64,000 bases of DNA. It comes from an uncultured Bifidobacteriaceae bacterium. Its GTDB lineage: Bacteria > Bacteroidota > Bacteroidia > Chitinophagales > UBA10324. The position numbers and the translations under genes were made by a program. The first letter of the stretch is position 1. The number at the start of each line of letters is the position of its first letter. Location: NCBI GenBank assembly GCA_964524035.1, contig CAZGBP010000006.1:1773-65772 (forward strand), read 5' to 3'. The notes below the pieces were generated by a model. It worked only from the letters and a program-made list of their open reading frames with translations, was not told the DNA's origin and ran no database searches. Below are positions 47,532-56,823 of the stretch, one piece after another.

Positions 47532-48881
47532 ATGATCTGGCTACAACTGTTAATTCTGCTTGCGATGATTCTCATTGGTTCTCAGCAGAAAGGCATTGCC
47601 CTGGGCCTTTGGGGAATCGTTGGCGTTTTCATCTTCGTTACCTTTTTCGGCATGCGGCCGGCAGATCCTCCCGGAGACATTATGCTCATCATCCTCTGCG
47701 TTGTTACACTTTCCGCCACACTGGAAGCAGCGGGTGGTTTAAACTACCTGGTAAGTATTGCAGAGAAAATCATCAGGCGTAATCCGAAACGCATCACCAT
47801 CATCGCTCCTATCGTTTCTTTTGTGTTATGCCTTTTTGCCGGCACTTCGCATGTGATCTATTCCTTATTACCCATCATTGCTGATGTTTCGGTTAAAAAC
47901 AGGATCAGGCCGGAACGGCCACTGAGCGCCTCCGTAATTGCCTGCCATGCTGCTCTTACCGGAAGTCCGATGGCCGCCTGCACTGCAGCCCTTGCCGCTA
48001 TTCTTGCATATCCCGGCGCAGCAGCCGATATCATGATGGTTTGCATTCCATCCTGTTTTATCGGTTCAATAGCCGCTGCCCTGGTTATGATGCGCTGGGG
48101 CAAAGACCTCGATGCTGACCGGGAATTCATAGAGAAAATGAAAGATCCTGAATTCGCCGCCGCCATTGATGAGTTATCCCATACTGCCACACCGGATGCC
48201 ACGACATCAAAAAATGCAAAACGTGCCGTAATCATTTTTGCAGCAACCATACTATTGATTGTTCTGAGCGGAACCTTCCCGCAGATTATTCCAAGCACAG
48301 CGGAAGGAGATCCCGGCTTTCATGTTAATGCAGATGGTACGTTGAAGATGGTGACGGTAATTGAAACGATTGCCCTGACGGCAGCCGCATTCATGATGCT
48401 GATCACTAAAACATCTCCGGCCAAAATTGTGAAAGCCAGTTTATTTAATTCTATGGGAAGCGCGCTGATCTCCGTTTTCGGCGTTGTTTGGATGGCTGCT
48501 ACTTTTATGAATGCCAACAAACAGGCTATCTCCGATTCTCTGGGCGTACTCACCGCTCAGTATCCATGGACATTCTCGATCGCCATTTTTGTGATGGGTG
48601 TTTTGATGTTCAGCCAGGGGGCCACCACCAAAGCCATGATGCCACTGGGATTAGCACTCGGGCTTCCGGCCGCTTCCCTGATTGCCATGTTCCCGGCAGT
48701 GAACAGCTTCTTCCTGATACCGGGTTATCCGACACTGCTTTCAGCTATCAATATGGATAGGACCGGTACTACCAGGGTTGGCAAATTTGTTATCAATCAT
48801 AGTTTTGTGGTGCCGGGCTTTGTTGCTACGATTGTTTCCATTGTTACCGGATTCCTTATTGCAAGTTTCGTGGTAAACTGA
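47532..48881 (+). CDS. anaerobic C4-dicarboxylate transporter (DcuA/DcuB family)
   Basis: RRNPKRITIIAPIVSFVLCLFAGT and the C-terminal DRTGTTRVGKFVINHSFVVPG closely parallel E. coli Dcu proteins as I recall them. The start was moved to the ATG at 47532 (MIWLQLLILLAMIL). Confidence 0.85.
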   Translation: MIWLQLLILLAMILIGSQQKGIALGLWGIVGVFIFVTFFGMRPADPPGDIMLIILCVVTLSATLEAAGGLNYLVSIAEKIIRRNPKRITIIAPIVSFVLCLFAGTSHVIYSLLPIIADVSVKNRIRPERPLSASVIACHAALTGSPMAACTAALAAILAYPGAAADIMMVCIPSCFIGSIAAALVMMRWGKDLDADREFIEKMKDPEFAAAIDELSHTATPDATTSKNAKRAVIIFAATILLIVLSGTFPQIIPSTAEGDPGFHVNADGTLKMVTVIETIALTAAAFMMLITKTSPAKIVKASLFNSMGSALISVFGVVWMAATFMNANKQAISDSLGVLTAQYPWTFSIAIFVMGVLMFSQGATTKAMMPLGLALGLPAASLIAMFPAVNSFFLIPGYPTLLSAINMDRTGTTRVGKFVINHSFVVPGFVATIVSIVTGFLIASFVVN

Positions 48882-48937
48882 ACATCACTTTCAGCGAAGC
48901 ACCCTCATACAATATGGCCTCTTTAAAATAACAGAGT

Positions 48938-50032
48938 ATGAAAAAAAAATTTATGCTTCTTCTGGCGTTACTGGCCGCCAACCAACTGTTTGCACAGAAA
49001 AAGCTCGTGCTTGATTCCATTAGTTTTTATGGCAGCTTACGCGCACATGTCGCCCTATTTGATGAACAAATAGAAGTGCAGAATAACTCATCGCGTGTTG
49101 GGTTTTATCTCAACCGTGGCATTGTCAATGGAATCAGCGCATTTGCCAAAATGGAGCTTGGTACAAACCTGGTCCAAAATAACAACTCCTTCAATGCCGA
49201 CGCTGCCACTTTTCCTGATGAATCATTTTATAATGAAACACAACCTCCCTTCACTACCAGGCTCGGCTTTATCGGACTGCAATCAAAGTACGGCTCCCTT
49301 GCAATAGGTAAGCAATGGGGGGTGTACTACGATGTAACTTCATGGACGGATCTCTTTGGAATATTCGGCGGCAAAGCTTCAGGAACCTACAATACCAATA
49401 CCGACGGTGGTACAGAGGGAACAGGAAGGGCTGAAAATGCAGTGATCTACCGCTATGCTGCCGGAAGATTTTCTTTGGGTCTTCAGGCGCAATTTAACGG
49501 CGAAAAACAGAACTATGCTGCAAGCGCGGTTGCAAAAGTTACGGATGAGCTTTCAGTCGGTGCTGCATTTAATACCTATGCCCCGTCACAGGATATTCTT
49601 GACCTCGTAGGCGGTACCAAAACCCATGCTAACTCCTTTGTGGTTGGATTCAGGTATAAGACAGCTAAACTCAACCTGGCTGCCAATTACGATTTCAATC
49701 AGTCGGAATCACAATTCCCGGGAGATACGGTCGTTGCCTTTCCTGCTAATGGCGTTGAATTATATGCCAACTATTTCATACTGCCCAAATTAAGCATGGT
49801 CGGAGGATTCAATTACCTGAAACCAACTTCTACCCCTGATATCATCGACCCCGACTTCAACTTATTTCTTGTCATCATTGGCGCTGCCTATTACTTTGTT
49901 CCCGATTTTTTTGCCTATACAGAATATAAAATTGATCTCGGAACTGACACCGGTGGCAATAAACCGGTAAATGTTTTTGCCATTGGCTTCCGGTACAATT
50001 TTGAATTCGGAAAGTCACAGGTGAAGATATAG
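48938..50032 (+). CDS. outer-membrane porin (beta-barrel)
   Basis: Signal peptide MKKKFMLLLALLAANQLFAQ, alternating beta-strand pattern, and C-terminal FAIGFRYNFEFG-like strands. Confidence 0.65.
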   Translation: MKKKFMLLLALLAANQLFAQKKLVLDSISFYGSLRAHVALFDEQIEVQNNSSRVGFYLNRGIVNGISAFAKMELGTNLVQNNNSFNADAATFPDESFYNETQPPFTTRLGFIGLQSKYGSLAIGKQWGVYYDVTSWTDLFGIFGGKASGTYNTNTDGGTEGTGRAENAVIYRYAAGRFSLGLQAQFNGEKQNYAASAVAKVTDELSVGAAFNTYAPSQDILDLVGGTKTHANSFVVGFRYKTAKLNLAANYDFNQSESQFPGDTVVAFPANGVELYANYFILPKLSMVGGFNYLKPTSTPDIIDPDFNLFLVIIGAAYYFVPDFFAYTEYKIDLGTDTGGNKPVNVFAIGFRYNFEFGKSQVKI

Positions 50033-50057
50033 GGGAAACGCCTGGCTTCGCTACCAT

Positions 50058-50693
50058 TCAAGGTTGCTTCTCGCTGGCTATCAGCCAGCGTGGCAGCGAC
50101 AGGTCGAGCCGGATGGCTGCCACCCGAAAGAAAAATACAAAGCAGACAATACACAGCTGCAATACTGAAGAATCCGGGATAAATTTCAACAACAGCACAT
50201 AAAGCAGTCCGCCCAGCAGAATCGGGGTAGCATACAATTCCCGTGATAGCAGCAGATTCGTTCTGCCTGTTAATACATCCCGGATCAATCCGCCGCCGAT
50301 GGCTGTTAACACCCCTGCTGTAATCGCAATCTCCCAGGAAAATCCTGCTCCGAAAACTTTTTTCATCACACTCATCAGCAACAAAGCATTTCCCAATGCA
50401 TCAAAATACAGCAGCAACGACAGACTTCGTTTCAAACCCGAGCGAAAAAAGAAGGTGAGTATGGAAGCAGCTACCGCAGCAATCAGCATAGAAGGATCAT
50501 ACACCCAAAAAACAGGCAGGTTCAATATTACATCTCTCGCCGTTCCGCCGCCAACCGCTGTCACTACACCCAGGATGATGACGGCTATAATGTCCATTTC
50601 CTTTCTGGATTGAATGGCAGCCAATGCACCGGTGATTGCAAAAACCACAATGGCTGCGATATTCAGGTAGTATGGAAGCGATTGTTGAAGCAA
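50058..50693 (-). CDS. trimeric intracellular cation channel (UPF0126/YadS) family membrane protein
   Basis: Two internal repeats, each with a glycine-rich motif (GGGTARDV and GGGLIRDV), and 7 TM-like segments. Confidence 0.8.
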   Translation of the reverse strand: MLQQSLPYYLNIAAIVVFAITGALAAIQSRKEMDIIAVIILGVVTAVGGGTARDVILNLPVFWVYDPSMLIAAVAASILTFFFRSGLKRSLSLLLYFDALGNALLLMSVMKKVFGAGFSWEIAITAGVLTAIGGGLIRDVLTGRTNLLLSRELYATPILLGGLLYVLLLKFIPDSSVLQLCIVCFVFFFRVAAIRLDLSLPRWLIASEKQP

Positions 50694-50812
50694 GCAATTG
50701 AAAATTTTTCAGGTAGAAAGAACAAGGCAATCAGTGATCCGGGGAAGTGAGTTTTCAGATTCAGATAGACAAGTACTCCTGCAGGACAAGCCATCACGAT
50801 ACCTATTCATCA

Positions 50813-51511
50813 TCACTCTTCCGATATTTCCTCCTGTGCGGAAATGCCTTTTACCAGGTTCTTACTGATGTAAGCCACCGCTTCAACAGGATCATCGGTA
50901 ACCATCATCAGGTTCAGGTCAGCGGGTGATATGGTTTTCATTTCAATCATGGTTTCCCTGATAAATGTTCCGAGATGTTTCCAGTATTCTTTACCCAGGC
51001 AGACCACCGGCCGTGGAGGAAGTTTATGTGTTTGAATAAGCGTTAACACTTCAAAAATTTCATCCATTGTTCCAAATCCGCCGGGCATTAAAACATAGGC
51101 GACAGAATTTTTTCTCAGGATAACTTTCCTGGTGAAGAAGAATTCAAATGATACCATCCTGTCTACATAGATATTGGGTGCCTGCTCAAAAGGAAGAATA
51201 ATGTTACAGCCTACCGATTGTCCGCCTCCTTCCTTCGCACCACGATTTGCGGCTTCCATAACACCGGGGCCGCCTCCTGTCATTACAGTAAATTTATGCT
51301 TTGCCAGCTCTTTTCCCATGGCACGTGCCAGCTCGTAGTAAACATCCCCCTCCCGGAAACGTGCTGATCCATAAACAGTGACACAATTCCTGATGGTTGA
51401 AAAAGCGCTTACACCCTGCCAGAGATCGGCCTGTGCTTTATGGGTGTCCCTGATTTCATCTGCTATGGTTCTTTCCGGATTCAGGAAGTCCTGGTTGTTG
51501 CTCAATTTCAT
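50813..51511 (-). CDS. LOG family protein (nucleotide 5'-monophosphate nucleosidase / lysine-decarboxylase-like)
   Basis: GGGPGVMEAANRGA and PGGFGTMDEIFE motifs. The start was moved to the ATG at 51511 (MKLSNNQDF). Confidence 0.85.
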   Translation of the reverse strand: MKLSNNQDFLNPERTIADEIRDTHKAQADLWQGVSAFSTIRNCVTVYGSARFREGDVYYELARAMGKELAKHKFTVMTGGGPGVMEAANRGAKEGGGQSVGCNIILPFEQAPNIYVDRMVSFEFFFTRKVILRKNSVAYVLMPGGFGTMDEIFEVLTLIQTHKLPPRPVVCLGKEYWKHLGTFIRETMIEMKTISPADLNLMMVTDDPVEAVAYISKNLVKGISAQEEISEE

Positions 51512-51782
51512 TGGTAACAGGTTAAGATGAGGAATGATCACGGCGAAGATAATCTTAGTTACGATGTACACTAACTATTTTCAGTCGAAATGGCTATTAA
51601 GAAATCAAAAAATACCGTAGACGCAGCAAGCAAAATAAACCGGTTCCATTTTGTGTGATGCATGATGCGGTTAGCAAAAATAACGCACGGTCAGTGAGGC
51701 GGCAGATGCGCCAACGCGCGATTTTGATTTTTAAAAAAATCTCATTTTACAGAGAGACCGTTTATAACGGGTTACAGGCTTT

Positions 51783-51994
51783 CCGGGTGTCCGGCAAAAT
51801 GGATATAGATTATTGGGACAAATAAGTAGGCGAGTAAAGTAGCGTAGTGAGTACAGAATAGCAAGTGACCGGCTTCGCCGCAGCAATTTAACCATTTAAC
51901 CATTTAACCATTTAACCATTTAACCATTTAGCCATTTAGCAACTTAACCCACCAACCATTGCCTTACAAGATCAACGAAATGCCCTACACCCGG
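51783..51994. repeat. dispersed intergenic element, copy B, with an expanded 8-bp microsatellite
   Basis: Homologous to 32824-32990. Termini are CCGGGTGT (51783-51790) and ACACCCGG (51987-51994). The internal tract is ATTTAACC x5 plus three degenerate units at 51886-51949. Confidence 0.85.
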
Positions 51995-52067
51995 CTTTCC
52001 TGATTTTATTAAGCAAGCAATCGAATTTAGTACCTTTATCAGGTACATAAAACAACCTGATGTATAT

Positions 52068-53465
52068 ATGAAAATTCGTGTAATCGGTGCTGCCGGCGGG
52101 GAGGTGACCGGTTCTGCCTATCTCATACAAACAGATTCGGCAAATATCCTGGTTGATGCCGGTATGTTCCAGGGTGGTAAGACTTCCGAATCAAAAAACA
52201 GGCTGCCTAAAGGTGCACATGTAACAGAGATAGATGCCGTGCTGCTTACCCATGGGCATCTCGATCATACCGGACGCCTGCCTCTGCTCATCAAATTTGG
52301 ATTCAACAATCCGGTGTATGCCACACAACCTACGCTTGACCTTGCAAAAATTATTTTAATGGATTCTGCCCGCCTGCAATCAGCTGATGCCGTGCGAAAG
52401 AACCGTAAAAAATTCAGGAAAGAGGGTGATCCGGTGGCTGAGCCGCTTTACAACACCGAACATGTTGAATATCTTGATGAACTGGCCAGGCCGGTTGATT
52501 TTCACCAACCTGTTGAAGTAGCAAATGGAATTACAGCCACGTGGATTGAAGCCGGGCACATGCTGGGTTCAGGAAGCATTGAACTGAAGATCACAGAAAA
52601 AAATATCACCAAAACCGTCGTTTTCTCAGGCGATCTCGGACCGCTTTCCTTACCGGTACTCAGGCCCTATGAACAGTTCCGGGACGCCGGCCTGGTATTT
52701 ATGGAATCAACATACGGCAACCGGGATCATAAATCATTAAAGGGAACATTGGAAGAATTTGAGGAGGTGGCTGTAGAAGTAGCGGAACGCGGCGGAAAAA
52801 TTCTCATCCCTACATTCGCCATCGGCCGGGCGCAACAACTTATCTATCATCTTGCGGAAATGTTTCACAAAAAGAAGGTGAAACCCTTTCCAATTTATAT
52901 TGATAGTCCGATGGCAATTGAAGCCGTGAAGGTTTACAGAAAGCATCTTGATTTACTGGATACTGAATTCCAGGATTTAAAAGCTGCCGGTGCTTTCCCG
53001 GTTGATGAGCGCTATTTTATTGCTACTCCTTCCGCTAAGGAATCGCAGGCGCTCAACGAACTGAATGGACCGATGATGATTCTGGCTGGAGCCGGTATGT
53101 GTAACGGTGGCCGCATCCTTCATCATTTTGCACATAATATCGGCAATCCGGATACCCATATTCTCATAGTGGGCTATCAATCATACGGATCCATTGGAAG
53201 AAAGCTGGTTGATGGCGCTGAGACGATCCGGCTATTTGGTAAAGAATATAAAGTGAATGCTAAAGTAAGGACCCTCAATGGATTCAGCGCGCATGCCGGG
53301 CAATCAGACCTAATCAACTGGTTCTCCTCGCTGGCTCCCTCAAATCCGAAACTTGTAATCACCCATGGGGAGGATGAACAGCGTAAAACGCTTGCGGACT
53401 TGCTTAAGAAAAAATTCGGGGTGAAGCCGGTGCTGCCAGAATTGAATGAAGTAGTGGAGTTTTAA
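52068..53465 (+). CDS. MBL-fold metallo-hydrolase of the beta-CASP RNA-metabolising family
   Basis: Motif THGHLDHTGRLP (HxHxDH), the beta-CASP region, and a C-terminal RNA-specificity-like segment NGFSAHAGQSDL. Confidence 0.85.
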   Translation: MKIRVIGAAGGEVTGSAYLIQTDSANILVDAGMFQGGKTSESKNRLPKGAHVTEIDAVLLTHGHLDHTGRLPLLIKFGFNNPVYATQPTLDLAKIILMDSARLQSADAVRKNRKKFRKEGDPVAEPLYNTEHVEYLDELARPVDFHQPVEVANGITATWIEAGHMLGSGSIELKITEKNITKTVVFSGDLGPLSLPVLRPYEQFRDAGLVFMESTYGNRDHKSLKGTLEEFEEVAVEVAERGGKILIPTFAIGRAQQLIYHLAEMFHKKKVKPFPIYIDSPMAIEAVKVYRKHLDLLDTEFQDLKAAGAFPVDERYFIATPSAKESQALNELNGPMMILAGAGMCNGGRILHHFAHNIGNPDTHILIVGYQSYGSIGRKLVDGAETIRLFGKEYKVNAKVRTLNGFSAHAGQSDLINWFSSLAPSNPKLVITHGEDEQRKTLADLLKKKFGVKPVLPELNEVVEF

Positions 53466-53475
53466 CAGTAACAGG

Positions 53476-54132
53476 ATGAAAGATATTCTATTGCGGAAAG
53501 TCACGGGAGCAAACCTGCAGGTGGCTATTCTTATCTGCATCGTCTTCATCATTCCCATGACCGGTTACCATTACCAGCCTGTTGCTTACAAGATTTCATT
53601 TACCTTGCTGATGCTTATATCGGCATTCCTGTTACAGGCCAGACGAAAAACGCTGCTGGCTTTGATTGTGATAGTCCTTATCATACTCGAGTGGCTGGCC
53701 ACAGAATTCAGCAAGCAATTCATACTGCAGTTGTCGCAAATCACAAAGGCAGCCTACTTTGTTTTTATCGTGATCAGCCTCATCAGGCAAACAGCCATGG
53801 CAAAACGGGTTACGGAACGGGTCATTGCAGATGCAATAAGCGGCTACCTGCTGTTGGGCATGGTTTTCAGCATCGGAACCATTATGATTGAGTACGTGTA
53901 TCCCGGGGCATTCAGTTTTACTATAAACAACGATACTCCTGATCTTCATAAAATGAATGACTATATTTATTTTGCATTCACCACGTTCACCACAACCGGT
54001 TATGGTGATATGCTCCCCCTTCATCCGGTCGCCAAATCCTTTTCCATTTTCACCGCAGTATCGGGGCAGTTGTACATCGCCACAATTATATCGCTGCTGG
54101 TTGGAAAATTTGCAAGTGCAGCTAAGGAGTAA
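53476..54132 (+). CDS. potassium channel family protein (minimal, no cytoplasmic regulatory domain)
   Basis: Selectivity filter FTTFTTTGYGDM, flanked by TM helices with additional N-terminal TM segments. It starts 11 nt after the beta-CASP gene. Confidence 0.8.
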   Translation: MKDILLRKVTGANLQVAILICIVFIIPMTGYHYQPVAYKISFTLLMLISAFLLQARRKTLLALIVIVLIILEWLATEFSKQFILQLSQITKAAYFVFIVISLIRQTAMAKRVTERVIADAISGYLLLGMVFSIGTIMIEYVYPGAFSFTINNDTPDLHKMNDYIYFAFTTFTTTGYGDMLPLHPVAKSFSIFTAVSGQLYIATIISLLVGKFASAAKE

Positions 54133-54219
54133 GAAGGATGTTAGCGCCAATTAATTGGCAACAATACGAACCCGAACATTTGTGCAAGAAACGAACGACA
54201 GAAACAAAATAGACTAAGC

Positions 54220-55071
54220 ATGAATAGACCACAGACAATACAAATTTTTCTCCCAGATGGAAATCCAACAAGTATAAAAATTGCCGATCTGACAAATAGA
54301 ATGGTGACGGCAGTTCTCATTCCAAGAAACAAACTTGTAGAAGTCGGTTCAAGGGATGAGGTTAGAAAGTATGGAGTGTATTTTCTCTTTGGCGGTGACG
54401 AGGAAAAAGCTAAACCGATTTCTTACATCGGAGAAACAGAGGACTGCTTTGAAAGAATTAAAACTCACAACAAGAACAAAGAGTTTTGGAATTATGCAGT
54501 TGTCATCTCGTCCAAGACAAACACTTTTACAAAATCTCATGTGAAATACTTGGAGTATTTGTGTATCAAGAACGCAACAGAAATTGGGAGATACGATACA
54601 GATAATCAGTCAACGCCTGCCAAACCATACATTACTGAAAGCATGGAGGCGGACTTGCTTGACAATTATGAAACAATCAAAATTCTTTTAGCAACTCTTG
54701 GCTTTCCAATTTTTGAAGAGATTAGAAAGGCATCGGCAAAGAAAAGTGAGATGCTTTATTGTAAAGGAAAATTAGCGGCTGCTGAAGGTGACATGCTTGA
54801 TGATGGTTTTGTAGTGTTCAAAGATTCAACTGCAAACAAAGAGGAATCACCTTCTGCAACTTCGTGGGTAACAGAAACTCGTAAGAAACTTCGTGACAGC
54901 AATATCTTAGTTGAAAGTGGTAATGTTCTAAAGTTTACAGAGGATTATATCTTTGGTTCTCCAAGCACCGCAGCAGCAGTCGTATTGGGCAGACAAGCTA
55001 ATGGATGGACTGAATGGAAAAATAAATCTGGAAAAACTATTGACGAACTTTATCGCAGCGACAAACTATAG
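54220..55071 (+). CDS. GIY-YIG nuclease family protein with a C-terminal DUF4357-like domain
   Basis: YGVYFLFG...ISYIGETEDCFERIKTHN...FWNYAVV is a GIY-YIG-type core. The C-terminus FGSPSTAAAVVLGRQANGWTEWKNKSGKTIDELY matches DUF4357 as I remember it. The gene is AT-rich relative to its neighbours. Confidence 0.75.
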   Translation: MNRPQTIQIFLPDGNPTSIKIADLTNRMVTAVLIPRNKLVEVGSRDEVRKYGVYFLFGGDEEKAKPISYIGETEDCFERIKTHNKNKEFWNYAVVISSKTNTFTKSHVKYLEYLCIKNATEIGRYDTDNQSTPAKPYITESMEADLLDNYETIKILLATLGFPIFEEIRKASAKKSEMLYCKGKLAAAEGDMLDDGFVVFKDSTANKEESPSATSWVTETRKKLRDSNILVESGNVLKFTEDYIFGSPSTAAAVVLGRQANGWTEWKNKSGKTIDELYRSDKL

Positions 55072-55324
55072 CTTCAATAATGATGAGAACTTCTAACAAA
55101 CTTTTGTGCGGAATTCAAACTACATCGCTTCGACCGAACAGCTTTACTGCCGATAATACATGCTTAAACGATTTTTTAAAATGGGGCTTCAACCGGAATA
55201 CAAACAGTAGTAGTTATACAAACAGTCATGCTTCTAAACCCCCATTTTTATAGCTATCTTTAAGCCATTCTTCGTTGTATGTCAAAACCGCAGTTCAGAA
55301 TAACTCGCTAAGCAGAGGCCGCTT

Positions 55325-56524
55325 TCAGAATCCGAAACGATACTGGAGCCCCGCAATCACCTGAGTACGCGAACCAAGAAATCCTACCTCACCACGCACC
55401 ATAAAATGTTCATTGATCTGAAACTGCGAGCCAATCAGGAAATTCCACATTTGTTTTTGTTTTTTGTCAAGTGAATACTGTACCGTTGATTCACTGATGG
55501 TATTCACGGCCTGGTCGGCACCTGCCAGCAAATTACCTGCCTTTTCCAGTGCGCTGTTTGCCGTTTCATACTTGGCAATGTTTACCGGGTTTTTTTGCTC
55601 CAGTTCCGAAAGATCATTCCACCAGGCATCAATAGCCATTTGCGATTCATCTACTTTCGCCTGACCATTGTCTATTTTTGCCTGGGCTTCATCAAAACTA
55701 AACAGTTCATTCAGGTTCAGTGAGCCGGTGGTTCCCGAATTGAGCTTCAGCCTGAATGCACCGGTCCAGACAGCAATATTCATATCCTTTTTCAATGCAA
55801 AGTTCTTTCCGAACCGCGGATCAAATACAAAAGCGAAAGCGGGTTTTTCCAATTCATCCACATCCGACCAGGTAAAGTTCATATCAAAGGCCAGAAAAAA
55901 ACCGCCTACGCCCATGGTAGGTGTAATTCCAACTCCCATGGTGGTCGCATCAAACTCCGCTTTGGTACTGAAGTTGGTGATCTCTGACCAGGTGCTGTCA
56001 TCTGTCGGAATCCAGATACCGGCATCAATCGCAGTGGAAACTTTCGACTTTGCTAAAATGCCATAAATATTCAGGAATGGAAATAACCAGAAATCAGGCC
56101 TGATATTTACACCACTGGCTGTTGATTCAGCATCATTAAAGCGGACGATCTCATCAATATTGTACAATTCACTGTTGTTAAAACCTACCTGCAGGTTATC
56201 AATAATGAGGTCCGACTTTTGCCCGAGGTAGTTCACACTCAATCCGGCTGGCATCTGCAGCTTAAATCCCTTCTCCGTGGCTTTCTGTCCCCATATCGGC
56301 AAGATGTAAGGGTACTCTGCCTGTTTCAAACTATCAATATATGCCTCATTCTTTTCGCCGATGACTTTATTGGTAGTAACCTGCGCGAAGCCGGGTACCA
56401 TAGAGCAAAGCAGAAAAGCTAATGAGATGCAAACCTGTCTGCATTTTTTCCAGGCAAACCAATTTACCTTAAACGTTACCTGACATGGGCAATCTGCAGA
56501 CTTCAGCAAATAAGATCCGTTCAT
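55325..56524 (-). CDS. hypothetical outer-membrane beta-barrel protein
   Basis: Hydrophobic signal-like segment ISLAFLLCSMVPGFAQ and the C-terminal OMP-type end GLQYRFGF. The start at the ATG at 56524 is supported by a -7 box 36 nt upstream. Confidence 0.6.
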   Translation of the reverse strand: MNGSYLLKSADCPCQVTFKVNWFAWKKCRQVCISLAFLLCSMVPGFAQVTTNKVIGEKNEAYIDSLKQAEYPYILPIWGQKATEKGFKLQMPAGLSVNYLGQKSDLIIDNLQVGFNNSELYNIDEIVRFNDAESTASGVNIRPDFWLFPFLNIYGILAKSKVSTAIDAGIWIPTDDSTWSEITNFSTKAEFDATTMGVGITPTMGVGGFFLAFDMNFTWSDVDELEKPAFAFVFDPRFGKNFALKKDMNIAVWTGAFRLKLNSGTTGSLNLNELFSFDEAQAKIDNGQAKVDESQMAIDAWWNDLSELEQKNPVNIAKYETANSALEKAGNLLAGADQAVNTISESTVQYSLDKKQKQMWNFLIGSQFQINEHFMVRGEVGFLGSRTQVIAGLQYRFGF

Positions 56525-56559
56525 AAGACTTATATTAAACGATGAATTTAATTTGCAGG

Positions 56560-56567
56560 CAAAACTA
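56560..56567 (-). promoter_or_regulatory. Bacteroidetes -7 promoter box TAGTTTTG
   Basis: Exact TAnnTTTG on the minus strand, inside the track's longer ORF (start 56644). Confidence 0.45.
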
Positions 56568-56823
56568 CCTATCAAATGGCATATATTCAAAAAGCAATCT
56601 AAATCATTATATGTAGAGAAATGAAAGATGCTCTTTGGTAGCACGGTAAGTTTTAAGCTGATGGAGGTCCGGTATAACTTTCAGGGAGGTTACTTCTGTT
56701 CATTACCTATATCGTTTTGATTCAACATTTCAAAAAAGCTTTGCTTCGTGAATAGGGGAGATTCATATTGCGACAAAATTATGTTCACTGTACAAAAACG
56801 AAGTGCGCAATTGGGTGTTACTG

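Noticed and set aside
53632-54150. 172-aa minus-strand ORF opposite the K+ channel gene
   Set aside because: It fully overlaps a gene with an unambiguous selectivity filter and TM pattern. Its translation is Cys/His/Gln-rich with no domain pattern.
54146-54159. Perfect 14-bp palindrome GCCAATTAATTGGC just after the K+ channel stop
   Set aside because: By my rough estimate (window length divided by 4^7), a few perfect 14-bp palindromes are expected by chance in 64 kb. I mention it only as context for the GIY-YIG islet.
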